From the sequence record ON631220.1: a stretch of DNA of 64,000 nt. One strand, 5' to 3'. Numbering within the stretch: position 1 is the first letter of the stretch; each line of letters begins with the position of its first letter. The notes under the pieces are model-generated. The model was given only the letters and a program-made list of their open reading frames with translations, was not told the origin of the DNA and searched no databases. Positions 49,285 to 58,894 of the stretch are shown piece by piece. The translations under genes and the position numbers were made by a program.

Positions 49285-50376
49285 TCACATTTCTTTTCTT
49301 TTAAGTGCATCTATCATCCAATCAACTTGTGCCTGTTGAGCTTTTACAAACTCGCTATTTGCTTGTTGCTTAAATGCTTGATCATTAGATGCTTCTATAA
49401 GATCAATTAATACAGCGTTAACAGAAGATTGATCATAACCAGTGTTCTTTAAAAGCTGTCCTACAAGATACTTAATGAAGGGTGTGCGAGCCAATACATA
49501 AGCCCATTCATTATTCCTATTAATAGGTTCTCGTGGGAGTCGCATCATATCGAACAAATTAGATTGTACGATAGCTGGTGTTATCCATGATAAACCCTCC
49601 ATGTCTACACCCTTTAATATGGATTCTCTATTGATAGTTGTACATAGTTTATCAATACGTGGATTCATATCAGTGATGTAAAATGGATGCGGTATAGGGA
49701 ATGTTGGATTTTTAATATCTAAAGCATTCCTTGCTAACCTGTTAAAGAAAGAAATATCTAAATAAGAGTCAACCATATTTGGCAATACAAATGATCCTAT
49801 AAACCTATATGTATCTTCAACTTCATCAGGATTCTTCTCAACTTGCCATCGATACCAGTAACGGTACATCACAAGAAGCATTGGTATATTTACTAGAGTT
49901 ACACCATAGCCTCTACCCTGCGTGGTATTGTTCATGATAGGTAAATTAGTATCAGTACGTGTATGATACAGATACGTAACAGGGGAAAGTTTATACCATG
50001 TTTTATTTAGATCTTTTAGATCAAAGCTCTCTGATGTGGATACTAAAACTTCTTCAGTCTGAGGGCCAAGTGTAACACCACCTACATGAACCTTACCTTT
50101 ATTTAAAGATGATGTAATACCAAATGAACGAATAATAGCACGTGAACGATCGTCCACGTTCTTTATAAAAGTAGCATCATCACTTAGTAACTCTACGTTA
50201 AAATGTCGAATCATTTGTGCTAATATATTTTTAGATTCAACATACTTCGGTGCCCGTCTATAATAACTTTTAACGTCCCTAATTTGCTCAGCGTAGATTC
50301 GTCGGATATAATGGATGTTAGGATCAACCACCTGCCCCAATTTACGTGACGGAGCATTCTTAAATAAATTATACAT
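49285..50376 (-). CDS. Conserved phiKZ-family (virion) protein, gp52-like
   Basis: 363 aa minus-strand gene two before chimallin. Confidence 0.6.
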   Translation of the reverse strand: MYNLFKNAPSRKLGQVVDPNIHYIRRIYAEQIRDVKSYYRRAPKYVESKNILAQMIRHFNVELLSDDATFIKNVDDRSRAIIRSFGITSSLNKGKVHVGGVTLGPQTEEVLVSTSESFDLKDLNKTWYKLSPVTYLYHTRTDTNLPIMNNTTQGRGYGVTLVNIPMLLVMYRYWYRWQVEKNPDEVEDTYRFIGSFVLPNMVDSYLDISFFNRLARNALDIKNPTFPIPHPFYITDMNPRIDKLCTTINRESILKGVDMEGLSWITPAIVQSNLFDMMRLPREPINRNNEWAYVLARTPFIKYLVGQLLKNTGYDQSSVNAVLIDLIEASNDQAFKQQANSEFVKAQQAQVDWMIDALKRKEM

Positions 50377-50457
50377 GGTTATTATCCGATTAAAAATTAA
50401 TTGAGATCTATATCATAGTTTGGTAACAACAGTAGTAATTACAAATAGGAATATACA

Positions 50458-50823
50458 ATGGCTAAAAATAATGTTGAAGACCCGCCACTATATTTAGGTA
50501 ATAACAAAGATCTTACTGTATACATGACTAGCAAAGAAATTGTAGTTAACTTTTTCAATGTAGAGCGTAGAGTTAAGATAGATCCTAATGACCCCAATCC
50601 ATTAGCAACTGCTACTAAACTCCATGAGGAATTAGTTAAGCTATTAGTCGCGCATCGATTTGGTAGTGTAGTTAAAGTAAATGAAACATCTGCTTCAGCA
50701 CATTCACCATTTGTTGCTAAATTTGACACAACTGATAATAATAAAGTTGATCCAGTTAGTAAACTATACAAACTGTACCATTCTCTTTTTGGAACAGTTC
50801 GTAAATATATGCAAAGTAAATGA
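50458..50823 (+). CDS. Hypothetical protein (gp53 position)
   Basis: 121 aa, TAGGA RBS, TATATCAT promoter variant at 50409. Confidence 0.7.
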   Translation: MAKNNVEDPPLYLGNNKDLTVYMTSKEIVVNFFNVERRVKIDPNDPNPLATATKLHEELVKLLVAHRFGSVVKVNETSASAHSPFVAKFDTTDNNKVDPVSKLYKLYHSLFGTVRKYMQSK

Positions 50824-51054
50824 TAACTGCATTTTATAAAAATACTGATAGTTATTATTTAATACAGGACTGACGTAAATTAGTTTCTGGATTCAAACTT
50901 TATACCCATAAACTCAAAAAAGAAGATATGGAAATTGTAAAATGAAAAATAAATAATACTCAGATTGTAATAATATGTAGTGAACATAGTGTTCGTTACG
51001 ATCTGCTGATAGCAGATTATAGCGTCTATGTTGTAATGAAAAAAATTTGAGATT

Positions 51055-51062
51055 TATATTAC
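51055..51062 (+). promoter_or_regulatory. Early promoter of chimallin, TATATTAC
   Basis: Exact motif 72 nt upstream of the chmA ATG. Confidence 0.8.
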
Positions 51063-51134
51063 TAAATTGAATCTAGTATACTAAGTACTTAGGTTCTTCT
51101 TGATCAAGAAACCATAATCGTAAAGGTATTTAAA

Positions 51135-53015
51135 ATGGCTGTTAACGAAAACGAAATCGGCACCGTTCAAACTCAAGCTACTGCTCCTGCTCCGCAACCC
51201 ACTGCACAGCGTCAAGCTCAACGTCCTACTGGCGCGCCTGGGTCTACTACTGGCATTAACCATCTAATGCGTCGCTCTGGTCGACTAGATGGCTCTGATG
51301 CTCGTTCAGCAGATGCCCTACAAGTATTCACTAAAGTAAAAGAAGAAGCAATCCGCCATCAGGACCTACCTGATGACTTCGATATCCATCGTTTCGATCG
51401 TGATGCGCAACAAGTTGGTATGGCTGGTCTACTCATTGTTAAACTAGCTAAAGATATCAATGGTTCCATGAAGGCATTCGTTCGTACTCTAGTACTCGAT
51501 AACCTACCTGGTACTCGCATCCGTCCCCGTACCCACAAAATCAACAATGGTCTAACCGACGACATCATTGAAGAGAAGGTACTACCGCGTGATGTATTCA
51601 CTGCTCAATACTGGAGCAAGATCGGCGAGTTCCTACGGAACCGTTACAACATCCCTGGTCTAGAAGTACTATCTGCCGGTCCCCGTGCAGTGTATGCTGA
51701 CTTCGACTTCAAAGATGAACTAGCTGTTAAGAACCTACTAGTTGAATCTGTTAACATCTGTGAAGATGCTATTGCACGTCGTAACAATGAGACTCCGTTC
51801 TCTATTGCGACCCACATCAAAGCAGAAAACGAACAGCTTACCTGCAACCTAGACTACAATGGTATTCCGGTTAAAGATAGCTGTGGTAATCCGATCCGTT
51901 CTGACATGGTCATCTCCACTAGCCGTGGTAAGAAAACCAACGTACCTGAGAACGAGTTCTATGATACCGATAGCCAGCTAAACCAAGTTAGTCTATTCGT
52001 AGATCTACATTGGACTCCGACCACTGGCCAGCAACAAGGTATGTTTGGCGTAACTCTACCTGGTGCAGCTCTACCTCCGCAGTTCACTCCTTACATCGTT
52101 ATCACTGACGTTCGTAAGGCATCCTGGATCCAAGCATGGACTCTAGAAATGTGGCTGTTCGCACTCGGTAATGCGTATCGTGCAACTGCATCCCAGGCAT
52201 GGGCTCGTACCCTAATGCCGAAGATCGCTACTAGCAAGATGCGTGATATTGGTGCACTTGGTTATTACTCAGAGCTAGGTAAAGCGATTGAAACTCGCAC
52301 CGAAGCATTCATGGCAGACGACAGCAACTTCGTAATGCTAATGAACAAGATGGTTAACCAGAACCCTGCATTCCAGATCGATATCGATCCAATGGGCGAC
52401 AACTCAGCTATTGAGCAAGTCATCCTAGATGCAGCTGGTGGCGTAAACCAAGCTCGTGCAGTTAGCCTGATCTTCCAAGCTCTAACTAACCTATACGGCA
52501 CTGATTTCCGTCAGTTCTATAACCTAGCTGAAGCTGGTCCGATTATCTTTGACAACCATCATGAAGTAGACCTCGGTCACTACACTGATGAGCATGGCGA
52601 ACTAAGCGACCGTCGTGATCTTGACGTTCTAGGTGCCATGAACATGTCTGAAGGTAATGACCAAGAGTGGAAGACCTGGTATGCTACTCAGGTAGGTAAT
52701 GACCACATTGTGCGTCGTATGAATAACAGTAAAGGCTTCGACAAGATGTACCTAGGTAACGTTACCTATACTGGTCGTGCTCGTCGTCTAACCTTTAACC
52801 CGAAATTCATCACCGCAATGGATGCCGCAGCAGCAGCCGCTGGTGTAACTGTAACCATGGAAAACCTAATTACCAACTTCGGTCAACAGCGCTTCGCTGG
52901 TTACACCGGTATGGGTAACATGGCTGTTTCTGGTAGTGCACAAGTTGGTATGGCTGGCAGCATGGGTCAAACTTACGGCGCTCCTTCCTATAATGCACCG
53001 GGTACCTGGTACTAA
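51135..53015 (+). CDS. chmA: Chimallin / PhuN, major phage nuclear shell protein (phiKZ gp54)
   Basis: 626 aa, flexible N-terminus, recognised sequence; canonical position immediately upstream of the nvRNAP beta-prime gene. Confidence 0.92.
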
Positions 53016-53346
53016 TAGGAAATACCTCGGTAGATAGGGATGTTAAATAAGTAACATCCCGATTCTAATACTGCGACCCTGGTTCACTTCGGTGATAACG
53101 GTTAGGAGTAGGTTCCGTGAAGTAATCGACTAGTGGACTTAGTCTAGGTCGACCTATCACTACACGAGGATGATAGATCACTTAACCGAAAGGAGTTACT
53201 CAAAAGGTGACGTGTGATCAAAAACTACAATGGATGGTAAATGATACTAGTGCCGGTATGCTACAGAGAAGAGCGGAGGTTAAGCTTTGTAGATGACGCT
53301 AGGATCGGGCCAGGCTCCGTTGGTGGTCCATTGTAAAAACTGATAT
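53016..53346 (+). ncRNA. Candidate structured non-coding RNA / 3-prime UTR domain downstream of chimallin
   Basis: At least seven predicted helices, UUCG and GAAA tetraloops, a 7-bp pseudoknot, no ORF; bounded by a terminator. Confidence 0.6.
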
Positions 53347-53368
53347 AGCGGCTCCTTCGGGGGCCGCT
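53347..53368 (+). terminator. Intrinsic terminator
   Basis: AGCGGCTCC-TTCG-GGGGCCGCT followed by a T-rich tail. Confidence 0.85.
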
Positions 53369-53409
53369 TATATCTCCTTTTTTTGTTAATCGATAAATAG
53401 GAGTTTGGT

Positions 53410-54546
53410 ATGGGTCTTTATGCCAAAGTTGTTGATCATAATGAAGTTCATGATCAATTTACGGGTAAACGAATTTATGCCAATGATTACAATACGAGTA
53501 ACTCAGATGAGAAAGAAGAATTTGATAGGCATTTCTATTCTCATTTCCAAGATTCAGAAGCAATTGAAAGTAGTGTAAGCTGTGATTGTCGAGCAATCGA
53601 AGACGCACATAAACTCGGAGTAATCTGTGATATTTGTAATACTCCAGTTGTCAATACTTCTAGCCGTCCTATCGAACCATCAATGTGGGTTCGTACACCA
53701 AAACATGTACGTAGTCTAATTAACCCACGTTTAATCATTATGCTAACCGGATATCTAGTAACTAAAGAATTCGATTTCTTAGCATATCTAACTGATACTT
53801 CTTATCGATACGATGTGGAATCTATTGGTTCTAAAGAAACACGCAGAAAAGTAGATAGGCTACTGCATCGTGGATTTGAAAGAGGATTAAATCACTTCAT
53901 TGATAATTTCAATGAGATCTTCCAATTCCTACTAGATGCAAATATTATCTCTAATAATAAATCCGAATTCGCTCAATTCGTTGCTCAGAATAAAGATAAG
54001 TTATTCCCTAAATATTTACCAGTTCCTTCTAAACTCTGTTTCGTAGCAGAATCAACCACATCTGGTACTTACTTAGATAAACCAATTGAAGCAGCAATTG
54101 ATGCTACCTTAACCTTCGCTAGTATTGATGCATCATCTGTACCACTTAGTCCAATTAAAGCTCAGAATAGGACTATGCGAGGACTAAGACTATATGGCCA
54201 GTTCTACGAGATCTACGCAAAATCACGAATTGCTCAAAAGCCTGGTCTTGCTCGGCGTCACATGTTTGGTGCTCGTCTCAACGCTACGGCACGTGCAGTA
54301 ATCACTTCTATTAGTGACCCGCATGATTATGATGAATTACATATCCCTTGGGGAGTAGGTTGTCAATTATTAAAGTATCATCTAACTAACAAGTTAAAAG
54401 CTAAGTTTAACATGACAACTCGTGAAGCATTCTCATTTGTATATGAGAATGTACTTCAATATAACCAAATCATCGCAGATCTATTTAAAGAGTTAATTGC
54501 AGAAGCAGCCCCTTATAAAGGGATGGGTTGTACTTTTCACCGAAAT
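53410..54546 (+). CDS. nvRNAP beta-prime N-terminal subunit (phiKZ gp55-like), exon 1 (379 codons)
   Basis: Zn-finger CDC...CDIC, RRHMFGARLNATARAVI; ends FHRN at a U-ending 5-prime splice site. Confidence 0.9.
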
Positions 54547-55796
54547 TAATCTATTAAGTTAAAGCGCTACAGATTCTGGGTGTGGTAACCAGGAATCTCT
54601 AATGAGGAATTATGAATGAAGAAATAAGATGGCGTAAAATACCTGGTTTCAATAATTACGAAGTCAGTGATCATGGTCAAGTTAGGAACCTTAAAGGCGA
54701 ATTAATCTCACAACACGAGAATAAGACAACTAAAGGTACTTACCTTACCGTTAACATCCACAATGATGACGGTATTAGAAAGATTCGTTATGTTCATCGT
54801 TTTGTGTGCATGGCGTTTCATGGGTTACCTGAAAACTTTAATGAGTTGGACGTTAACCACAAAGATACCATTAAGCATAATAATCATTACCTTAACCTAG
54901 AGTGGGAAACTCGTAGCGGTAATGTTAAGCATGCATTTATAACCGGTGCCAATAAACATGCACTCGCTGTTAAATGTACAAACATTCTGACTGGTGAAGT
55001 AAATAACTTCATCTCGATGAAAGAAGTAGCCGAGTTCCTAGAGCTTGGTCACAATAAAGGGTTACATGTCGTATTGGGTCATTTAGTTAAACCATTCAGA
55101 GGTAAATATGTATTCGAAGTAAGTGGGGATTATCACCCACAGAAGCGTAAGAATGCAATTGAAGTTTATTGCATAGACTTCAAGACCAACACCTTTGGAC
55201 GATATGTAAACCTAACGCAGTTACAACTTAGAACCGGGTTAATTAAAGGGTCAGTGCAGGACATTTTAAAGAAACCAGATCTAAGATTATTCAACGGTGT
55301 TGTTATCTGTAGGGTCGATGATAAGGAACGGCTATTCGAATACGTTTCTAACCTAACCCAAGAAATGGTTAACAAATCCATTGATGATTACAATAGATAC
55401 AAAGCGCGTAGAGAGAAGCTACATACCACCTAAGCAATTAGTGTAGCGACTTAACTTAATATGGGTTTCCTTGTATCAGAAATGATACTCGACAAAACTT
55501 CTTGAATTGCTGGAACAACTCGTTAGGTCAGTTAGCTACAATAGTTCCGAAAGGTTCTATGAATGCTTAAGAATAACTGAATAGAGTCAATCAGCAGCTA
55601 AGCCGCTAAGTTACTTAACTGTAATATGTGGAACGTTCAACGACTAGTGCATTGGCACGTAGGGTCCAAGTGGACTCGAAGTGGGAAGCACCTTACTGGG
55701 TAAAGCCAAAGGTGAAGATATAGTCTCAACGTCTAGCGAGAGCTAGAGCTGCACGTAATGGTGCGGGTTAGCCTAACGAACTAACTGAAGATATTG
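54547..55796 (+). mobile_element. Group I intron 1 (1250 nt), ORF 5-prime of the ribozyme core
   Basis: P AATTGCTGGAA 55505, Q AATCAGCAG 55589, R GTTCAACGACTA 55635, S GAAGATATAGTCT 55714; ends in G; removal restores HRN-PTLQ. Confidence 0.93.
54612..55433 (+). CDS. Intron-encoded HNH homing endonuclease (NUMOD4-HNH-NUMOD1 type)
   Basis: WRKIPGFNNYEVSDHGQVRN; VHRFVCMAF...VNHKDTIKHNNHYLNLEW...N; GAGGA RBS. Confidence 0.9.
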   Translation: MNEEIRWRKIPGFNNYEVSDHGQVRNLKGELISQHENKTTKGTYLTVNIHNDDGIRKIRYVHRFVCMAFHGLPENFNELDVNHKDTIKHNNHYLNLEWETRSGNVKHAFITGANKHALAVKCTNILTGEVNNFISMKEVAEFLELGHNKGLHVVLGHLVKPFRGKYVFEVSGDYHPQKRKNAIEVYCIDFKTNTFGRYVNLTQLQLRTGLIKGSVQDILKKPDLRLFNGVVICRVDDKERLFEYVSNLTQEMVNKSIDDYNRYKARREKLHTT

Positions 55797-55922
55797 CCAA
55801 CGCTTCAACGTGGATCTACGCAGCAGTTCTTTATTACTAAAGTAAAAGATGACATTAATGATAATTCTATCAGCATGTCAGTTTTATGCCTTAAGGCTCC
55901 AAACGCAGATTTCGACGGAGAT
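55797..55922 (+). CDS. nvRNAP beta-prime exon 2 (42 codons) carrying the catalytic NADFDGD motif
   Basis: PTLQRGSTQQFFITKVKDDINDNSISMSVLCLKAPNADFDGD; missed by the ORF track. Confidence 0.93.
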
Positions 55923-57446
55923 TTTAATTGGTCTCCTAACCTTCTTAATTGCTGGAACCTCCTTAGAGCCTAACTACCAAAGCAGATAGCGAAAGCTAAA
56001 ATGTAACGGTTTGAAAAGTGTTAGGATTGGACAATCAGCAGCGAAGCTTCTACGTATTGCCGTGAGGCGAGATAGGAAGAACGTTCAACGACTATCGAAA
56101 CCACTGCGAAAGCAGCCAAGGGAGTAGAGTAGGGCCAAGTGGTCCGAAATAGAAGGCTTCCCTCTGGGAAGAAGATATAGTCTCACCATCTAGTGAAAGC
56201 TAGAGCAGTTACTTAATGTCGGGAGATATTAAGTGGACGGTACAGCAGCGACATGTCTTCCAATGGAGGATATGTGTTTATTTACAGTCGTATACCCAAA
56301 TCGAGAGAAATTGTGATTCCCGGTACATTCGGGCGTTATAGACTGACTCTGGATGGGTTAGTCTATGATCGATTTTGGATAAATTGATAGATCCAATAAA
56401 CCGACATTACGTTCTTGAATTACCATGGCATAGACTACCCATTCATGTTACTAAGTTGATAGCAGTGTGTTTTAAAGGCTGGCATGCGCCATTAGAGTTT
56501 GTTAGCCGCTGCGAAATATTGTTTTCTGATGGAGATGAAGACAATATTCATCCTAGAAACTTGATTTGGAAATTCCCGGAAGAAGGATTGGAGGTTCCCA
56601 CCTTCCCAGGATATTATTTCATCCCTAGTTTTACCTGCTATGCAATCAATGATGAACTCAAGGTCATAAGTCTTTTTGAAGGTTCAGCTAAATTAACAAG
56701 TTTGGCGACAACTGGATACAGAGATCTTGGATTGCGTCGAGATGATGGCACCTATGTAGGAACGAATTTACACCGTGTAGCTGCACTGACATTTATTGAA
56801 TACGATAACACCATCAATGAGAAAGTGGTCAACCACATAGATGGTGATCGTGACAATACAGTACCCGATAACCTAGAATGGGTAACCCAGAGTGAAAATG
56901 TGTTGCATGGAAATGCAATCAAAACCGGTTATATTGGATCAGCAAAGAATACCGCGATCATGAGAATGTTGAAAAATCGCGGAATTAACACGGACGGAAT
57001 TGTTCTTGAGCACGACGGTATTGAGATAAAGGATATCGTTACGGGTGAAATCAGGAAATATGACTCGCAAAAGAAAGCAAGTGAGGCGATAGGGGTTAGT
57101 GTAGGTACGATTTCTTTGAAAGTTAGCGGACATGCAATTTATCCAGTCATTATGGATAGGTACATTGTACGTCGGGTTGGTTCAGAATGGCCAACCTGGG
57201 ATGAATCCATTGAGTATAGTCAGGCTAAAAAATAAGACCACACTTGTGAAAAATGTGGAAACTGGCGAGATTTTGAAATACAAATCAGCCAAGCAGGCAT
57301 ATCTCGATCTTGGATTATCAAAGAAAGTAGTAACTAGCAAACTCAAAAAGAAAGACCGTCGACCAATTAATGGGTTCATTTTTAAATATGAAAATGACCC
57401 AGATGATTTTTAGACATGTCGCTGACGATGCTGTATGAAGATAGTG
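55923..57446 (+). mobile_element. Group I intron 2 (1524 nt), ORF 3-prime of the ribozyme core
   Basis: P1 GGAGAU/GUCUCC with U-G at the splice site; P 55947, Q 56033, R 56083, S 56171; long-range stem 56241-56258 with 57412-57435 encloses the ORF; ends in G. Confidence 0.93.
56274..57413 (+). pseudogene. Intron-encoded HNH endonuclease interrupted by two compensating frameshifts (about 379 aa if repaired)
   Basis: GGAGG then GTG start with a NUMOD4-like IPGTFGRYRLTLDGLV; shift in a T4 run near 56372; HNH core NHIDGDRDNTVPDNLEW; shift in an A6 run near 57230 into a NUMOD1-like tail. Confidence 0.7.
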
Positions 57447-57650
57447 CAACTTAATTTAACATTAATGCCCGATGTGTATTTAACCAAAGCAACTGAACGC
57501 ATCGCGCCACATACATGGGTTCTATCTATTGATGAACCACATGAAATCTCAGGTAACCTTGAATTACAGGGTCCTGTTGTAGAAACAATTATTAACTGGG
57601 CACATGAGAAGTATTTACCGCCATTAGAAGAGTGGCTAAAAGCAAAATAA
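57447..57650 (+). CDS. nvRNAP beta-prime exon 3 (67 codons; phiKZ gp56.1-like)
   Basis: QLNLTLMPD... continues DFDGD-Q as in other beta-prime subunits; preceded by the intron terminal G; spliced product 488 aa. Confidence 0.9.
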   Translation, partial: QLNLTLMPDVYLTKATERIAPHTWVLSIDEPHEISGNLELQGPVVETIINWAHEKYLPPLEEWLKAK

Positions 57651-57698
57651 ATTAATAGGGGAGTCTAACTCCCCTATTATTTCTTTGAGGCTGGTAGC

Positions 57699-58082
57699 AT
57701 GCATGATTTAGTTATCTATTGGAAAGCTCATGATGGTTACTATATACAAGATGAATATGGCGAACATCCTGTAACTTTCCAATTCGCAGAAATTAATTGG
57801 AATTTCACCGGAGCTTATGAATACGGTGGTTCTGAATTGATTGATGATCACTTAAGATTTGGTATAGATTTCAAAGTACGTGATATTGAATGGCAAATTA
57901 GGTTTGATTTAGACGGTAAATTTACTCTGTACAATATGTCAAATAATGATCGGGATGATACCTTTGTAATTCCAGCTACTTCAAAATTTGCCCAATTCTT
58001 TAAAAAGACAGGCAAACATGTAATTACTAATGAAGTTATCACTATTCCAATCAATTGTTCTTTTGATAAACAAATCTATTAA
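57699..58082 (+). CDS. Hypothetical protein
   Basis: 127 aa, GAGG RBS. Confidence 0.7.
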   Translation: MHDLVIYWKAHDGYYIQDEYGEHPVTFQFAEINWNFTGAYEYGGSELIDDHLRFGIDFKVRDIEWQIRFDLDGKFTLYNMSNNDRDDTFVIPATSKFAQFFKKTGKHVITNEVITIPINCSFDKQIY

Positions 58083-58094
58083 AGGTAAATAAAG

Positions 58095-58520
58095 ATGGAT
58101 AGTAAATGCAACGAATGTACTAAGCAAATCGATAATTCCCATGATGTACCAAAAACACTTGGTATCTGCCATAAGCATTATCGGTTCAATGTATTTGGGG
58201 ATAATGGTTTACTTAAAGATTCAGATAAACTAGTTACATTTAAACTTAATAAAGAAACTAATCTATTTGAATGTATTCTAGAAAATACTAAAGGTGAGTA
58301 TACGGGATTCCATCATCCTAAGTTTGGATTCCGTATTAAACATGATGATCCAATCGCTATTGTGGTAACTGCACCTGAACATGACATCTATGTTGAATTA
58401 ACTGTAACTGTTGAAGGTGTTACAAAAGCTGTAAATTGGTGCGGTCAGGAACTAGACACATTTAATTTACCTATGCAACATCCGTTTAATCTATGCTGGT
58501 CATATACGGCCAATAACTGA
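58095..58520 (+). CDS. Hypothetical protein
   Basis: 141 aa, AAGG RBS. Confidence 0.7.
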   Translation: MDSKCNECTKQIDNSHDVPKTLGICHKHYRFNVFGDNGLLKDSDKLVTFKLNKETNLFECILENTKGEYTGFHHPKFGFRIKHDDPIAIVVTAPEHDIYVELTVTVEGVTKAVNWCGQELDTFNLPMQHPFNLCWSYTANN

Positions 58521-58528
58521 AGTGTATA

Positions 58529-58588
58529 ATGATTATAGACGCCCATGGTGTAGACCTCTTGGACAACTATGCCGTGAAGTTACACTGA
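58529..58588 (+). pseudogene. Truncated duplicate of the 5-prime end of the 58895 gene
   Basis: MIIDAHGVDLLDNYAVKLH-stop versus MIVDAHGVDLLD; 22-bp exact match. Confidence 0.75.
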
Positions 58589-58603
58589 ATTCAATTTCAG
58601 ATT

Positions 58604-58611
58604 TATATCAC
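58604..58611 (+). promoter_or_regulatory. Early promoter variant TATATCAC
   Basis: AGATT-TATATCAC, same context as the other promoters. Confidence 0.6.
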
Positions 58612-58642
58612 TAAGGTGCAATAGTGATAAGGGGAATACCCA

Positions 58643-58825
58643 ATGTCTAATATTCGTGAAATTATTCGACGTAACCCGGAACGTTTATCACAAGCCGAAC
58701 GAGATGAACGTGAAGCCAGATCGGTAGCTATATTAACTGGGAGATATATCACTCGTGGGAATGGTGATGTAGTGGTAAACAGAAGGTTTGTCGATGCATA
58801 TGTCGAAATGATCTCTAAGCTTTAA
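58643..58825 (+). CDS. Small basic hypothetical protein
   Basis: 60 aa, AAGGGG RBS, downstream of the promoter. Confidence 0.6.
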   Translation: MSNIREIIRRNPERLSQAERDEREARSVAILTGRYITRGNGDVVVNRRFVDAYVEMISKL

Positions 58826-58894
58826 GAGGTAACCTATTATGCAACGTCTATTTAATCTGTGCTGGGTATATGAGTACAGTATCTGAGGTGAATA

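Noticed and set aside
51086-51113. Hairpin GGTTCTTCTTGATCAAGAAACC in the chimallin leader and the TCTGCT/AGCAGA stem near 51002
   Set aside because: Short, AT-rich stems of a kind expected by chance; no further support
53016-53346. Post-chimallin structure as RNase P RNA, tmRNA, tRNA or hammerhead ribozyme
   Set aside because: TAGGAAATACC only loosely resembles the RNase P GAGGAAAGUCC; no tRNA-like ends, CCA, or CUGAUGA/GAAA core were found. Kept as an unclassified RNA
57132-57413. 93-aa ORF as an independent gene
   Set aside because: Only the last ~60 aa look protein-like (NUMOD1-type); better explained as the frameshifted tail of the intron-2 endonuclease
57435-57650. 71-aa ORF MKIVQLNLTL as a stand-alone gene
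   Set aside because: Its first four codons are intron sequence; the rest is exon 3 of the RNAP subunit
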